The notes beneath the pieces are model-generated. The model ran no database searches. It was not told the DNA's origin and was given only the letters and a program-made list of their open reading frames with translations. From a virus, in IMG/VR virus record IMGVR_UViG_3300037882_002614, positions 1 through 33,036 of that record: a stretch of DNA of 33,036 nucleotides, one strand, 5' to 3'. Numbering within the stretch: position 1 is the first letter of the stretch; each line of letters starts with the position of its first letter. Below are positions 32,290 to 33,036 of this stretch, one piece after another. A program made the position numbers and the translations under genes.

Positions 32290-33036
32290 TGAATTTTATC
32301 AAGTAATCCGCAGAAAACTAGGTCACGGCACGCTTAGTCAAGGGTTCGTTGACGGTTGCGATATTATCGCTAAGACGTGGGTTGAAGATGGGGGCGCGTT
32401 GATAGACCGCAAGCTCGCTTATGTGCTGGCTACTTCTTATCATGAAACAGCTTTCACAATGCAGCCGATTGAAGAACGCGGCAGGGGGCAAGGTTACCCA
32501 TATGGGCAACCGAAAGATAATGGGCAAATTTATTATGGGCGCGGTTTTGTGCAGCTCACCCATGATTATAATTATCTCAAGGCAGGAAAAGCGTTAAACC
32601 TTCCTCTCTATGATAACCCAAGCCTTGCGCTTGATATTGGTATTTCTGCTAAAATCCTTGTTTTAGGCATGAAACAGGGGTGGTTCACCACTAAAAAACT
32701 TAGCGAATTTAACGACTTTAAGCAGATGAGACGTATTGTTAACAGCATGGATAAGGCGGCAACGATAGCGGGCTATGCTGAAATTTTCAACGAAGCTTTG
32801 AAGTCGCAAAATGTTGAAATGCCTGTGAAAACAGTCGCTCAATCTACAACAATTCAAGCTGGCGGTGCTGGCGTTATTGTGACTACTGCAAACGGTTCTA
32901 CTTCTATTATTGAAGTGGCAAAAACCGCTAAGGAAGCACTCACTAAAGCAGAAGATTTAAAAGGGTTAGTCGTTGAGCTTTCAGAAAAACTCAATTTTCA
33001 AACAACAATTAATGCGGCGTTCACGTTGCTCATTAT
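32279..33036 (+). CDS. Glycoside hydrolase family 19 endolysin (runs off the window end and continues at 1..166)
   Basis: Hand translation: MLSNEFYQVIRRKLGHGTLSQGFVDG...LATSYHETAFTMQPIEE...IYYGRGFVQLTHDYNY, the GH19 catalytic-core pattern. Absent from the ORF track because there is no stop inside the window. Confidence 0.85.
   Translation, partial: MLSNEFYQVIRRKLGHGTLSQGFVDGCDIIAKTWVEDGGALIDRKLAYVLATSYHETAFTMQPIEERGRGQGYPYGQPKDNGQIYYGRGFVQLTHDYNYLKAGKALNLPLYDNPSLALDIGISAKILVLGMKQGWFTTKKLSEFNDFKQMRRIVNSMDKAATIAGYAEIFNEALKSQNVEMPVKTVAQSTTIQAGGAGVIVTTANGSTSIIEVAKTAKEALTKAEDLKGLVVELSEKLNFQTTINAAFTLLI
32938..33036. repeat. Second copy of the 99-bp terminal overlap
   Basis: Exact match to 1..99. 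It lies inside the endolysin reading frame. Confidence 0.97.

Overview
The first 99 bases are identical to the last 99, so the window is one circularly closed element of 32,937 unique bp. It reads as a complete tailed-phage genome, podovirus-like. Almost everything is on the + strand. Going round the circle: (i) a lysis cassette that spans the window junction, made of a GH19 endolysin with an unusual C-terminal TM helix plus small membrane proteins; (ii) a glycine-rich second tail fibre; (iii) an AT-rich immunity-like switch with a divergent HTH repressor-like gene and a Cro-like gene; (iv) a replication module with a DnaA-domain-IV-like HTH protein, a Toprim primase-like protein and a P-loop helicase, but no DNA or RNA polymerase; (v) a small accessory cluster with a minus-strand tRNA (anticodon CAT), a minus-strand tail-anchored coiled-coil protein and a P22-type antirepressor; (vi) a ~690-bp non-coding hub with iterons, a perfect inverted repeat and an AT-rich tract; (vii) terS-like and terL genes separated by a 345-bp structured spacer rich in homopolymers; (viii) a morphogenesis module in T7 gene order: portal, scaffold, capsid, gp11-like, gp12-like, four internal-virion/ejection proteins, and a tailspike with a gp17-like N-terminus. 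No integrase, partition system, CRISPR array or transposase was seen. The best candidates for something new are: a ParB/Srx-like DGHQR domain inside one of the ejected internal-virion proteins; the C-terminally anchored endolysin; the iteron/inverted-repeat hub; the G-tract/homopolymer spacer covering the terL ribosome-binding site; an initiator-like tRNA with an A1:A72 mismatch; and a mosaic tailspike with Asp-box motifs. All functional calls come from motifs read by eye and from gene order. No database search was possible.
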